Part shown: positions 16,091 through 25,504 of the stretch, piece by piece
Layout of the letters: every line of letters starts with the position of its first letter
Position numbering within the stretch: position 1 is the stretch's first letter
NCBI GenBank assembly: GCA_043812655.1
Contig: JBDRLW010000027.1
Location: forward strand, 1 to 30,246
DNA: 30,246 nt
Reading direction: 5' to 3'
Source: a bacterium
Lineage (GTDB): Bacteria > Margulisbacteria > WOR-1 > O2-12-FULL-45-9 > XYB2-FULL-48-7
Position numbers and translations under genes: made by a program
The notes under the pieces: model-generated
Databases searched by the model: none
Seen by the model: only the letters and a program-made list of their open reading frames with translations
What the model was told of the DNA's origin: nothing

Positions 16091-17002
16091 ATGGAAATTA
16101 AGGATCTAGTTATTATTGGCGCGGGTCCAGCGGGAATAACCGCCGCGGTCTATGCCGCCAGGAAAAAAATGGATTTTACCGTGATCAGCCGCGATATCGG
16201 CGGGCAGGCGGCTTGGGCGGGAGAAGTGGGGAATTTCCCCGGTTACCAGTTCATTCCCGGTATTGAATTGGCGCAAAAATTTCGCGAACACCTTGAAAAA
16301 TTTAAATTTGACCTCAAAGAAGGAGAAGAGGCCGTTAAAATTGAGAAAAGGGATTCGTTTTTTTGTATTCGGACTTTGAAGGGGGAAGAGATCTTCGCCA
16401 AGACAGTGATCATCGCGACCGGGAAAAGACCCCGTTGGTTGAATGTTCCGGGTGAAGCCAAATATATGCGCAAGGGCGTGAATTTTTGCGCCACTTGCGA
16501 CGGGCCGCTTTTTGCCGGTAAGAATGTGGCGGTCATTGGCGGCGGTAATTCGGCGCTTGACGCGGTCTTGCAAATGATGAAGATCGCCGCCAAAGTTTAC
16601 TTAATTAATGCGGGCGAACAATTGGGCGGCGACGCGATCATGCAAGAAAAAGTTAAAGCTTCTCCCGTGGTTGAGGTCTTGAATAAGACCAAAACGCTGG
16701 AATTTACCGGCGAGCAGTTCTTGAAAGGGATGAAGTTGGAAGTAGCTGGCGCACCCCGGTCGATCGAAGTTGAAGGGGCGTTCGTGGAGATCGGGTTGGT
16801 GCCCAACGCGGCCTTTACCGATCTGGTCAAAAAGAATGAACTGGGAGAGATCATCATTAATACCGCGGCGGAGACATCGGAACCAGGGGTTTTTGCCGCC
16901 GGCGACGTGACCAACGTCCCGGAAAAACAGATGATCATCGCGGCGGGCGAGGGCGCCAAGGCGACCCTGGCCGCTTTTAAATATCTCTCGACCCATAAGT
17001 AA
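16091..17002 (+). CDS. trxB: Thioredoxin reductase / AhpF C-terminal-like flavoprotein disulfide reductase
   Basis: IIGAGPAG, GGQ, CATCDG, VIGGGNSA and TS.PGVFAAGDV motifs; start placed at MEIKD. Confidence 0.9.
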   Translation: MEIKDLVIIGAGPAGITAAVYAARKKMDFTVISRDIGGQAAWAGEVGNFPGYQFIPGIELAQKFREHLEKFKFDLKEGEEAVKIEKRDSFFCIRTLKGEEIFAKTVIIATGKRPRWLNVPGEAKYMRKGVNFCATCDGPLFAGKNVAVIGGGNSALDAVLQMMKIAAKVYLINAGEQLGGDAIMQEKVKASPVVEVLNKTKTLEFTGEQFLKGMKLEVAGAPRSIEVEGAFVEIGLVPNAAFTDLVKKNELGEIIINTAAETSEPGVFAAGDVTNVPEKQMIIAAGEGAKATLAAFKYLSTHK

Positions 17003-17005
17003 AAA

Positions 17006-18106
17006 ATGAAAAAGAAAATATTATATTTATTCTCTGATACGGGAGGAGGGCACCGCTCGGCCGCGACGGCGATCATGTCGGCGGTCGACCAGTTAGCCAA
17101 AGGGGAATATAACCAGGAGATGGTCGATGTCTTTGCGACTTGTTCCAGCTTCCTTAATGTTTTTGCCAAACTTTACGCTCCGGTCATTAAATATTCTCCT
17201 AAGCTTTGGGGCCAGCTTTATTATTGGCTGGAAGATGAGAAAAAATTGGAACAGCTTGAATTTATCGCCCGCCCGTTCATTTTAAAAGAGCTGACCCAGC
17301 TGATAAAAAAGAGTCGTCCGGCAGTGATCGTTTCTGTCCATCCAATGGTCAACCATTTAACCGTTAAAGCCATTAAAGATAGCGGGTTGAATATCCCGTT
17401 CATTGTAGTCATTACCGACCCGTTCACTCTTCCCCGGGCTTGGATAGTGCCTGAAGTTAACCTTTGTATTGTGGCGACGCCGGAAGCGAAGCGCCGAGCG
17501 GTCAAATACGGGATGCCGGCTAAAAAGATCAAGGTCATTGGGATGCCGATCGACCCAAAATTCATGCATGCTTCAAGGCGGCAACGGTCCAAAAAGATAA
17601 AACCTTTTACTGTCTTGCTCATGGGCGGAGGCGAGGGGGGCGGCGGAATGTATGACATCGTAAAGGGTTTTGCCAATACCGGTTTTGATGGACGAGTGAT
17701 CGTCGTGGCTGGACGTAATAAGAAATTAGAGGCCAGGTTAAGAGCCGAAGCCGGCCAATTTAATTTCTCCCTGCAAGTCTTTGGTTTTACCAGTCAAGTC
17801 CACGCTTTGATGGGTGAATCAGATATCCTTATTACCAAAGCGGGCCCGGGGACGATCGCCGAAGCGATGGCGATGAACTTGCCGATCATTATCACTTCCT
17901 GGCTCCCCGGCCAAGAAGAAGGGAACGTGGAGTTCGTCAAGCGGGAAAATGTCGGCCGCGTCAGCCAAGACCCGAAAAAGATCGTTGAATTAGTAACGCA
18001 GATGCGCGACCCAAAAGAATTTGCCAGGATCAAGGGAAATATCAAGAGGGTGAGCCGCCCCGGCGCCTCCCTAGAGATCGCCAGTGAAATCTTTCATTAT
18101 ATTTAG
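17006..18106 (+). CDS. GT28 diacylglycerol glycosyltransferase, MGDG synthase (MGD1)-like
   Basis: SDTGGGHRSAA, SVHP, VITD, LLMGGGEG, ITKAGPGTIAEA and PGQEEGNV motifs. Confidence 0.9.
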   Translation: MKKKILYLFSDTGGGHRSAATAIMSAVDQLAKGEYNQEMVDVFATCSSFLNVFAKLYAPVIKYSPKLWGQLYYWLEDEKKLEQLEFIARPFILKELTQLIKKSRPAVIVSVHPMVNHLTVKAIKDSGLNIPFIVVITDPFTLPRAWIVPEVNLCIVATPEAKRRAVKYGMPAKKIKVIGMPIDPKFMHASRRQRSKKIKPFTVLLMGGGEGGGGMYDIVKGFANTGFDGRVIVVAGRNKKLEARLRAEAGQFNFSLQVFGFTSQVHALMGESDILITKAGPGTIAEAMAMNLPIIITSWLPGQEEGNVEFVKRENVGRVSQDPKKIVELVTQMRDPKEFARIKGNIKRVSRPGASLEIASEIFHYI

Positions 18107-19313
18107 CCTAATACTCCTTAATTCGTTATTCGTCATTAGCCATTCGTCATTGGCCGAATCATATCTGCGCGATGTCCCGGAAGGCCATTATGCTTATGAT
18201 GCTGTTTATGATCTTATCAACCGGGGAGTAATTGGCGGTTACCCCGATGGCACATTTCGCGGCAAAAACCAGATGACCCGCTACGAAATAGCGGCTTTTA
18301 TCTCTAAACTTTACCAGTCATTGGGCCGGCAAAAGGGGAAGCAGGAGAAGATCGTTTCCGAGCTCCGGACCGAAGCGGCCCAGCTGCAAGTTGGCGGGCC
18401 GATGACCGCGGGTAATTTGGAAATGCGCTGGAGAAGGGGTGATGCAGGGGTGGTGGCGGATTACAGAGTAAAAGCCAGTTATTTTAATGATTTTCCCGGC
18501 GACTCGAGTTTGAAGATCGGTTTAGACACGATGGATTCCGGTTTTAACGGGACAGCGCGCGATCTAACCAGGGAGATGCTGGAGCTGGAAGGAAAAACCA
18601 AGATCGGCAACACCGTCATAAAAGTTACCGCCGGCCCGGGCGATCTCCTCCACACCGATAACGTATTTTTCCCGGCGGAAAATAAAATGTTTTACCGGCG
18701 GCCAAGGCGGACAATTGGTTTTAATTCCAATTTAGGGATGACTGACCTGGCGGTTGAATATTTGGCCCGCTCCAACACGCCTTCGGGCTTGGTCCAGGTC
18801 GCTGAACTTAGCGGCAAACTGGTCGGGCACTATGCGCCGGTGAAGTTAACTTTAAATCCACGGATATTCACCAATAATAGCGGCGATCGCGATATCCGCC
18901 TTGATCTTGCCGCTGAATATAATGAACTTGCCAGCTTAACTTTAGGGATCGCCAAAACAACCGCTTATCCTAGCGGCCTTTATGTTAGGGGCGATGTTGC
19001 TTTAGGCGACAGCGTTCATTTATTGGTCCAGAAAGTCGGCTCGCAGTACCGCGAAGATTTTACTTATCCTTTGTTTGATATTTTTGACCGCGATGTTCCT
19101 GATGGGTCGACCAGTATAGGACTTGAAGCCAAGGAAAATTTTATGGATAGCTGGTATATTAGGGCAAAGGGGGATGTAACGAATCCCGGCAATGTTTTAA
19201 CTACCGAGTTCCATTTAGGTAAAAACATTAACGAAAATATTTGGCTGGAAGCGATGACGCAGGGATATCAATCCAGCCTGGCTTATGGCCTTGCGGCGGG
19301 GATAGCGTTTTGA
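18084..19313 (+). CDS. SLH-domain outer-membrane protein (SLH + coiled coil + probable beta-barrel)
   Basis: GTG start, signal peptide, DVP.GH.AY.AV..L...GVI.GYPDGTFRG...MTRYE, beta-rich body and C-terminal Phe. Confidence 0.87.
   Translation: MKSFIIFSLILLNSLFVISHSSLAESYLRDVPEGHYAYDAVYDLINRGVIGGYPDGTFRGKNQMTRYEIAAFISKLYQSLGRQKGKQEKIVSELRTEAAQLQVGGPMTAGNLEMRWRRGDAGVVADYRVKASYFNDFPGDSSLKIGLDTMDSGFNGTARDLTREMLELEGKTKIGNTVIKVTAGPGDLLHTDNVFFPAENKMFYRRPRRTIGFNSNLGMTDLAVEYLARSNTPSGLVQVAELSGKLVGHYAPVKLTLNPRIFTNNSGDRDIRLDLAAEYNELASLTLGIAKTTAYPSGLYVRGDVALGDSVHLLVQKVGSQYREDFTYPLFDIFDRDVPDGSTSIGLEAKENFMDSWYIRAKGDVTNPGNVLTTEFHLGKNINENIWLEAMTQGYQSSLAYGLAAGIAF
18121..18155 (+). repeat. Heptamer tandem repeat within a signal peptide
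   Basis: ATTCGTT ATTCGTC ATTAGCC ATTCGTC ATTGGCC, encoding SLFVISHSSLA. Confidence 0.8.
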
Positions 19314-19321
19314 TATAACGC

Positions 19322-19350
19322 TTGACAAATAAATCATGTGGGTCTATATT
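19322..19350 (+). promoter_or_regulatory. sigma70 promoter
   Basis: TTGACA-N17-TATATT; SD AGGAGG at 19380-19385. Confidence 0.75.
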
Positions 19351-19392
19351 ACTGAGATATTTCGAAAATTAGGATAAAAAGGAGGAATTTCA

Positions 19393-20949
19393 ATGTTGTC
19401 AAAGATTCGTTCGTTGGCGCTCTATTTGATCCCGTTGTTCTTCGGATTATCGGCTCTTGTTAGCATCGCCTGGTTCCTTTCTGCTAGTAGTTGTGAAGCA
19501 GATGATGGATTTTATAGTAGATACAGATATCATTTAAGTGATCGTGTAGAAGACGGTACAAGGTATGGACCGGATGTGATGGCGATCAGATCAGTCAGTT
19601 CACAAGGAAGAAACCATCTTTATGTGCTTGATAAGCGTAGACTAGTTGTGAGTGGTGATACTACGATAAGACAACGCGTTTTTAAATTAGATTTTGCTAA
19701 TACGCCTCCGACGCAAAGTGAGGAGCTAAAAAACACCTTGCGCTACCCACGCTTTGGACCTTATTTTAATGACCCACAAGATTTTGTTGTTGCGGATGGA
19801 TCGGTCTATGTGGTCAACAAGGATCCAATTGGAAGCAGTTCTATAATAGATTTGTATGGAAGTCAGACTAGGACCAGAGCTTATAAGGTTAACGCAAACG
19901 AATTCCCATCTGGTGGACTCGAAGGAGCTTTTTATAAATATACTCCTGATACAGAAAGTGAATGGGAGCCGTTTAACCCTAAAAAAATCGCGCAACGTGG
20001 GGCATCTATTTACGTATATGATGGTGGGCGTGATAATATTGAGCCTTCTATTTTTGTTTTCAAGAAACATCCGGAGGATTATCATTTCTATCAGCGCGAA
20101 GCAAATTCTAATCTTGTATATAAGTATGGGAATACCGGAGACAATAAACTTAGTAGTTATGCTAGGGGATTAGCTGTTGATTCGATGAATTTATATGCTC
20201 TTGATGGCTCTGCTGTAAAAATCTTTAAGATTCAAAGTGCTTCTTACGGTGATACTTTAGTTTATTTAGGAAATATGCTGGATCGCTATGATGATCCGTA
20301 TATGGATATTACTCAAGCCGCTGGCTTCAACATTGGGACTTGCAAAGATATTAGCGTTGACAATGCTGGGAATATCTATCTTTGCGACGACGTTAATGTT
20401 TTCAAGGTTAATGCAGGCAGGCAAGTGAAAAAGATCTATAAGGCTAGCAGTGGCACGAGTTATACAAAAATAACAGTTACTGAAGATGGACAATTTGTTT
20501 ATGTGTACGATGCGAACAATAGAGATATTCATCAACTAAAAAGACCAGAAACTACTGCTCAACCTGCCCCCCCACCGCCGGCGGAGCCAAAAGTGCCAAA
20601 AGCCTCTGACGCTAGTACTAGCAAACGAATAGTGATCAATTTTGCGCCAACAAATTGCGATACCAGCAAGAATTATACTGGGCGGCTAAGCGCGATCGGC
20701 GGAACCGGTAATTTTGTTTGGGCCATTGAAAATAGCAAGGAGCTTTTAGCTCTTCAGAAAAACGGCTTTAGGTTTGACGGTGGAGCGGGGACTATTACAC
20801 GTAAAGCCGGCAACGAAAAGAACGAGCGCCTAACCTTTACGGTAAAGGTTACGGACCGAATTAATAGAAAAATATCAGCCAGTCGAAGTATCTCTATAAA
20901 TATGACAAGCAGGCCCAGGCCCACACTTCAACCCAAGTATCGAAGGTAA
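19393..20949 (+). CDS. Exported beta-propeller (NHL-like) protein with Pro-rich linker and C-terminal Ig-like domain
   Basis: N-terminal hydrophobic segment; repeated blade motifs (LYVLD, VYVVN, IYVYD, LYALD, VDNAGNIYLCD, VYVYD); PAPPPPAEPK linker; LSA.GG...W...TFTVKVTD Ig-like tail; AT-richer than neighbours. Confidence 0.75.
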   Translation: MLSKIRSLALYLIPLFFGLSALVSIAWFLSASSCEADDGFYSRYRYHLSDRVEDGTRYGPDVMAIRSVSSQGRNHLYVLDKRRLVVSGDTTIRQRVFKLDFANTPPTQSEELKNTLRYPRFGPYFNDPQDFVVADGSVYVVNKDPIGSSSIIDLYGSQTRTRAYKVNANEFPSGGLEGAFYKYTPDTESEWEPFNPKKIAQRGASIYVYDGGRDNIEPSIFVFKKHPEDYHFYQREANSNLVYKYGNTGDNKLSSYARGLAVDSMNLYALDGSAVKIFKIQSASYGDTLVYLGNMLDRYDDPYMDITQAAGFNIGTCKDISVDNAGNIYLCDDVNVFKVNAGRQVKKIYKASSGTSYTKITVTEDGQFVYVYDANNRDIHQLKRPETTAQPAPPPPAEPKVPKASDASTSKRIVINFAPTNCDTSKNYTGRLSAIGGTGNFVWAIENSKELLALQKNGFRFDGGAGTITRKAGNEKNERLTFTVKVTDRINRKISASRSISINMTSRPRPTLQPKYRR

Positions 20950-20975
20950 GAATAGATCTTTACTCGCCTTCCCTG

Positions 20976-21007
20976 AACTGCCCCGGTCAATCCGGGGCAG
21001 TTTTGTT
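20976..21007 (+). terminator. Rho-independent terminator
   Basis: AACTGCCCCGG-tcaat-CCGGGGCAGTT followed by TTGTT. Confidence 0.85.
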
Positions 21008-21022
21008 GTAATAACACGGAAA

Positions 21023-21051
21023 TTGACATTTTATATGGTAAGGAATACAAT
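21023..21051 (+). promoter_or_regulatory. sigma70 promoter
   Basis: TTGACA-N17-TACAAT, 11 nt before ATG 21063. Confidence 0.75.
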
Positions 21052-21062
21052 TATCAAATAGC

Positions 21063-22445
21063 ATGAAAAAGAAGATACTATTTACGTTATTTGCCATATT
21101 TATCTTGGCCAGTGCCGCCTCCGCCCAGGATGAAGCAAAGGGTTTTAAATTCGAAGATATACCAGACAACCATTGGGCCGCCTCGGCGGTGTATGACCTG
21201 ATAAAAATGGGAGTGACTAAAGGTTACCCCGATGGGACCTTCCGCGGCGACAAACCGATCAACCGTTATGAAACGGCGATCTTCCTTTCTAAATTAGCGA
21301 AAGTGATCGAAGAGGGGAATGCCAATGATCCCGGCCTTAAACAATTAAGAGACCAGCTTAACGCGCTAAAAAATAAGGATAAGAACAATTTTAAGATTTC
21401 CGGCAGTTTTGACGGCGATTGGAAAATGGCTGATTTTTTGGGTGCGGGAAGCCATGAAGTAGTGGCCGGCTATCGCTTGCTCGTTACCGCCAACAAAGAA
21501 GTGGCCGAAGACGCCAACCTAATAATAAATATAGACACCATGGATTATGGTTACTACGACGATGGTTCTGCCTTGCAGCCTGGCCGGGGGCAACTGGCGA
21601 CCGAACTTTTTGATGTTGAAACCAATTTTAAGATTGAAAATGTGGACTTAAAATTAACTTATGGCCCGGGGCCAAAACAACATTCTGCTGATCCGACCGG
21701 TGTTTTACCAAGTGAAGTCGGGCGGACATATATGCGGCCAGCGACTGGGATCTGGGCTAATACAAGTTTACTTGGCCTTGATGTCCAGGGAGGTTTCCGT
21801 TCGCTTAAAGGGGCCTTTGATCCTTCCGGCAAAGTTACGACCGGCTGGATAACCGGAGTGGTCAGTAAAGATTTTAACCGCTTTAAAGTCGATCTAACTT
21901 GCGATTATATCTCTCAAGGGTTCTTTTCGACTAGTGACCGGAACATTAAAGCTAAAATTGATATCTTGGCCAGTCTGACCGATAAGATCCAGGTGGGGGC
22001 ATCGGCCGGATTGGGACGAAACCCAAAAGATATGATGGCCGGAGCCAAGCTTTCTCTTAACGACCTTTGGGATACTGGGACAGTCGTAACTGTTAATGCC
22101 TCGAAAATTGGAGCGGAATATATTAATACTGCCTTTGCCGGCGAACAATATTATCTGGCTGGGCTTGACCGGTTTGACCGGCCGTATGAGAATTCGACCG
22201 TTAATATCGGTGGTGAACTAGTGCAGAACGTTTCCGACAAAACAAAGATAATCGGCCGGGGAGATGTCAGATTAACCAGCGATTATAAATACCAGGGACA
22301 AAAAGCCCGTTTGACCGCCGAAGGCGGCCTTACATATAATATAGCTCCCGATGTTAACTTTGACGCCGCTTACCGCGTCCACCAGGATAAAGGGACCGGC
22401 GATATCTCTGATCTCGCGGCGGTCGGCTTAATTTACCGCTTTTGA
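21063..22445 (+). CDS. SLH-domain outer-membrane protein (paralog of 18084..19313)
   Basis: Signal peptide ASA|QD, FEDIPDNHWA...GYPDGTFRG...NRYE, shared IDTMD/LDTMD and GPG motifs with the paralog, C-terminal GLIYRF. Confidence 0.9.
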   Translation: MKKKILFTLFAIFILASAASAQDEAKGFKFEDIPDNHWAASAVYDLIKMGVTKGYPDGTFRGDKPINRYETAIFLSKLAKVIEEGNANDPGLKQLRDQLNALKNKDKNNFKISGSFDGDWKMADFLGAGSHEVVAGYRLLVTANKEVAEDANLIINIDTMDYGYYDDGSALQPGRGQLATELFDVETNFKIENVDLKLTYGPGPKQHSADPTGVLPSEVGRTYMRPATGIWANTSLLGLDVQGGFRSLKGAFDPSGKVTTGWITGVVSKDFNRFKVDLTCDYISQGFFSTSDRNIKAKIDILASLTDKIQVGASAGLGRNPKDMMAGAKLSLNDLWDTGTVVTVNASKIGAEYINTAFAGEQYYLAGLDRFDRPYENSTVNIGGELVQNVSDKTKIIGRGDVRLTSDYKYQGQKARLTAEGGLTYNIAPDVNFDAAYRVHQDKGTGDISDLAAVGLIYRF

Positions 22446-22990
22446 TCATCGGTAAGAAGATCCTCCGTTTTAAAACACTTGATTCAACCAATGACGAGGC
22501 CCGTCGGCAAATAAGCGCAGGCGCAGGAGAAGGCATAGGCATAGTAACTGAAAGCCAGACGAAGGGGCGGGGAAAACCAGGCAGCTCCTGGCAATCACCC
22601 AAAGGCAATCTTTATTTTTCCGCGGTCGTTAAACCGTACAAAAACCCGAAAGATCTTTCGCCTATTACATTAATAGGGGCGTTGGCGGCTAGGACCTTGA
22701 TCATTAAACTTTCTAAACTGCCGGTGGTGATCAAGTGGCCGAACGATCTTTTAGTCCACGGCAAAAAGATCGCCGGGATCTTGACCGAACGGCTCCCCTC
22801 CGGCCATATTATTATTGGCATTGGGATCAATATAAATGTGGTCCCGGACAAAATGAAAGGAACGGCCACTTCCCTTAAAGCCGAAAAGAAAAAGAACTTT
22901 GACCTGAAGAAAGGCGAAAAAATATTAATAGACGAGCTTAACAGGGAGTATCTCCATTTGCTTCTCCCCGGAAAGTTTGCTAACATTTAA
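22442..22990 (+). CDS. birA: Biotin--protein ligase, catalytic domain only
   Basis: DSTND, QTKGRGK...W.SP.GNLYFS, KWPND, KIAGIL and GIGININ motifs; TTG start overlapping the upstream stop. Confidence 0.9.
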   Translation: MIIGKKILRFKTLDSTNDEARRQISAGAGEGIGIVTESQTKGRGKPGSSWQSPKGNLYFSAVVKPYKNPKDLSPITLIGALAARTLIIKLSKLPVVIKWPNDLLVHGKKIAGILTERLPSGHIIIGIGININVVPDKMKGTATSLKAEKKKNFDLKKGEKILIDELNREYLHLLLPGKFANI

Positions 22991-22992
22991 TC

Positions 22993-23343
22993 ATGGCAGT
23001 GAGAGGGATCAGAGGGGCGACGACAGTCGCTAAAAATGATAAGGCAGAGATCATCAGCGCGACCCGCGAACTGCTGCAGAAAATAGTAGCCGATAACGTG
23101 CTAAAAATAGAGGATATCGCTTCGATCTTATTTTCTTCAACGGACGGTCTTAACGCGGAATTTCCAGCAGTAGCGGCCAGGGAGCTGGGGTGGAGTGACA
23201 CCGCCTTGCTTTGCATGAAGGAAATAAATGTACCAGGAAGTTTGCCTAACTGTATTAGGATTTTACTCCACGTTAACAGCGACCAACCCCAAAAAGAGAT
23301 CAAAAACGTTTACCTGCGCGAAGCGGTTAATTTGAGGAGGTAG
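22993..23343 (+). CDS. aroH: Chorismate mutase, AroH class
   Basis: [25 protein letters not shown] and VYLR.A..LR motifs. Confidence 0.95.
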   Translation: MAVRGIRGATTVAKNDKAEIISATRELLQKIVADNVLKIEDIASILFSSTDGLNAEFPAVAARELGWSDTALLCMKEINVPGSLPNCIRILLHVNSDQPQKEIKNVYLREAVNLRR

Positions 23344-23348
23344 GCTAC

Positions 23349-24368
23349 GTGATAGTGATAATGAAGCCCGACGCGACCGAAGAGCAGATCGACCATGTGG
23401 TCGGTAAATTAAAAAAATTAGGCTTTGGCGTCCATTTGTCCAAAGGGACGGAGCGGACAGTGATCGGCGCGATCGGTGATAAATCCTCATTGCAGATCGA
23501 AACGCTCCAAATGCTTCCCGGCGTTTCCGATATTGTCCCGATCCGCAAACCGTACAAATTAGTCAGCCGCGAGTTCCGCGTTGAAGATACTGTGGTCGAT
23601 ATCGGCAATAATGTTTTGATCGGCGATAAACAACCGATCGCGGTGATCGCCGGCCCGTGTTCCGTTGAAGGGCGGGAGCTACTGCTCGAAGCGGCGGCGA
23701 TCGTAAAAAAAGCGGGCGGCGTGGCCCTGCGCGGTGGCGCTTTTAAACCGCGAACCTCGCCCTATAGTTTTCAAGGGATGGGGGAAGAGGGCTTGAAAAT
23801 ATTGGCCGAAGCCAGGAAGAAAACAGGCTTACCGATCGTCACCGAAGCGCTCGATACTCGCGATGTTGAATTGGTGGCCAAATACGCGGATGTGGTCCAA
23901 GTTGGCGCCCGCAATATGCAGAATTTTAATCTTTTGCGCGAAGTCGGCAAGGCCAATAAACCGGTCCTCCTTAAACGTGGGGCTGGTTCGACGATCGAAG
24001 AACTTTTAATGTCGGCCGAATATGTGATGTCGGAAGGGAACCGGAATGTCATTTTATGCGAACGGGGGATCAGGACGCTGGAAACTTACACTCGCAATAC
24101 TTTAGATCTATCAGCGGTCCCAGTGATCAAAAAATTAAGCCATCTGCCCGTAGTCGTTGATCCAAGCCACGGAACAGGGAAGTGGGACCTGGTCCCTTCG
24201 ATGGCAAAAGCAGCGGTGGCGGCCGGCGCCGACGGTTTAATTATTGAGATCCACCAAAAACCGGATGAAGCCTTTTCAGATGGCGCGCAGTCACTAAAAC
24301 CCGACACCTTTGCCACGCTAATGGATGAGTTAAAAGTTATAGCTTCCGCAGTTGGGCGTCGATTGTAA
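23349..24368 (+). CDS. aroF: DAHP synthase class I-beta with N-terminal ferredoxin-like regulatory domain
   Basis: MIVIMK N-domain, [42 protein letters not shown] and SDGAQSL motifs. Confidence 0.95.
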   Translation: MIVIMKPDATEEQIDHVVGKLKKLGFGVHLSKGTERTVIGAIGDKSSLQIETLQMLPGVSDIVPIRKPYKLVSREFRVEDTVVDIGNNVLIGDKQPIAVIAGPCSVEGRELLLEAAAIVKKAGGVALRGGAFKPRTSPYSFQGMGEEGLKILAEARKKTGLPIVTEALDTRDVELVAKYADVVQVGARNMQNFNLLREVGKANKPVLLKRGAGSTIEELLMSAEYVMSEGNRNVILCERGIRTLETYTRNTLDLSAVPVIKKLSHLPVVVDPSHGTGKWDLVPSMAKAAVAAGADGLIIEIHQKPDEAFSDGAQSLKPDTFATLMDELKVIASAVGRRL

Positions 24369-25419
24369 TCAGCAGTCTATCCAAACCTTCTTTATTAAGC
24401 GCCGAAATTGAGACCGCGGGTTTATATTTTTTTAGCAGTGCGGCTGGGAGCTTCTTTTCTAATTTATCCGCTTTATTAAAGACCGTAATTATCGGTTTGG
24501 TAATGCTTTGCAACTCTTCTAAAACCCCGTAAACCGCGCTCATTTGTCCTTCAAGATCAGGGTTCGCGGCGTCAACAACGTGGACCAGCAGGTCGGCTTT
24601 GGTCACTTCCTCGAGCGTGGCGTGGAACGAAGCGATGAGCGAGTGGGGGAGCTTTTCGATAAAACCGACGGTGTCAGTTAAGATAATGGTTTGGCCGGAC
24701 GGCAAATAAAGCCTTCTGGTGGTTGGGTCAAGAGTGGCAAATAACTTATCTTGGGTTAAAACTCCGGCTTTAGTGAGAGAATTTAATAATGTTGATTTGC
24801 CGGCGTTAGTGTAACCGACGATGACAGCCGATCTTATCCTGGTTTCTTGCCGGCGCTCCCTTTTTAGCTCTCTTTCTTGGCGGACTTTTTCCAATTGTTT
24901 CTTTAACTCGGCAATTTTAGACCGGAGCTCCCGCCGATCGTATTCCAGTTTTGTTTCCCCGGGACCCCTGGTGGCAATGCCGCCGCCGAGGCGCGACATG
25001 GCAGCGCCATGGCCGGTGAGCCGGGTCATTAAAAATTCTGATTGGGCGAGATCGACCTGGAGTTTGCCTTCGCGGGTCCTGGCGTGCTGGGCAAAAATAT
25101 CTAAAATTAATTCGGTCCGGTCGATCACTTTAACATTTAAAACCTTTTCGATATTTCGTTCCTGCGAAGCTTTAAGCTGATGGTCAAAAATAACAAGGGT
25201 CGCCCCAGTTAAATTAACCTGGACGACCAGTTCATCCATTTTCCCTGTGCCGATGAAAAACTTAGGATCGGGCGAGGGGCGTTTTTGGATAAGGGTGCCG
25301 ACAACCTGGGCGCCGGCGGTTTCGGCCAAGCGGGCCAGTTCCGGCAAGTTCAGTTTTTCTCCGGGGAATTCAACGCCGACCAAAAGAGCTTTTTCGATCT
25401 CATCAAGTGGATTTTGCAT
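24337..25419 (-). CDS. hflX: Ribosome-associated GTPase HflX
   Basis: [23 protein letters not shown]...[36 protein letters not shown] and NKAD motifs. Confidence 0.96.
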   Translation of the reverse strand: MQNPLDEIEKALLVGVEFPGEKLNLPELARLAETAGAQVVGTLIQKRPSPDPKFFIGTGKMDELVVQVNLTGATLVIFDHQLKASQERNIEKVLNVKVIDRTELILDIFAQHARTREGKLQVDLAQSEFLMTRLTGHGAAMSRLGGGIATRGPGETKLEYDRRELRSKIAELKKQLEKVRQERELKRERRQETRIRSAVIVGYTNAGKSTLLNSLTKAGVLTQDKLFATLDPTTRRLYLPSGQTIILTDTVGFIEKLPHSLIASFHATLEEVTKADLLVHVVDAANPDLEGQMSAVYGVLEELQSITKPIITVFNKADKLEKKLPAALLKKYKPAVSISALNKEGLDRLLITIDAQLRKL

Positions 25420-25466
25420 AGTCTCTATATTAACTTATCTTCCGGGGAGAAGCAATTAAGGCGAGT

Positions 25467-25496
25467 TTGACTCGGTGTTGGCCAAGAAGGTATAAT
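25467..25496 (+). promoter_or_regulatory. sigma70-like promoter for the histidine kinase
   Basis: TTGACT-N18-TATAAT, 8 nt before ATG. Confidence 0.6.
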
Positions 25497-25504
25497 GCAG
25501 GCAA

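Noticed and set aside
16106..17169. Long antisense ORFs (e.g. 16597..17169, 25945..26658, 29340..29984)
   Set aside because: Shadow frames of well-supported genes with no recognisable motifs.
19480..19495. Possible lipobox (ASSC) in the beta-propeller protein
   Set aside because: Poor match to L-[AS]-[AG]-C; cannot be distinguished from a plain signal or anchor.
24337..25419. HflX lacking the C-terminal domain (360 aa)
   Set aside because: Short HflX forms are known, so this is not evidence of a pseudogene.
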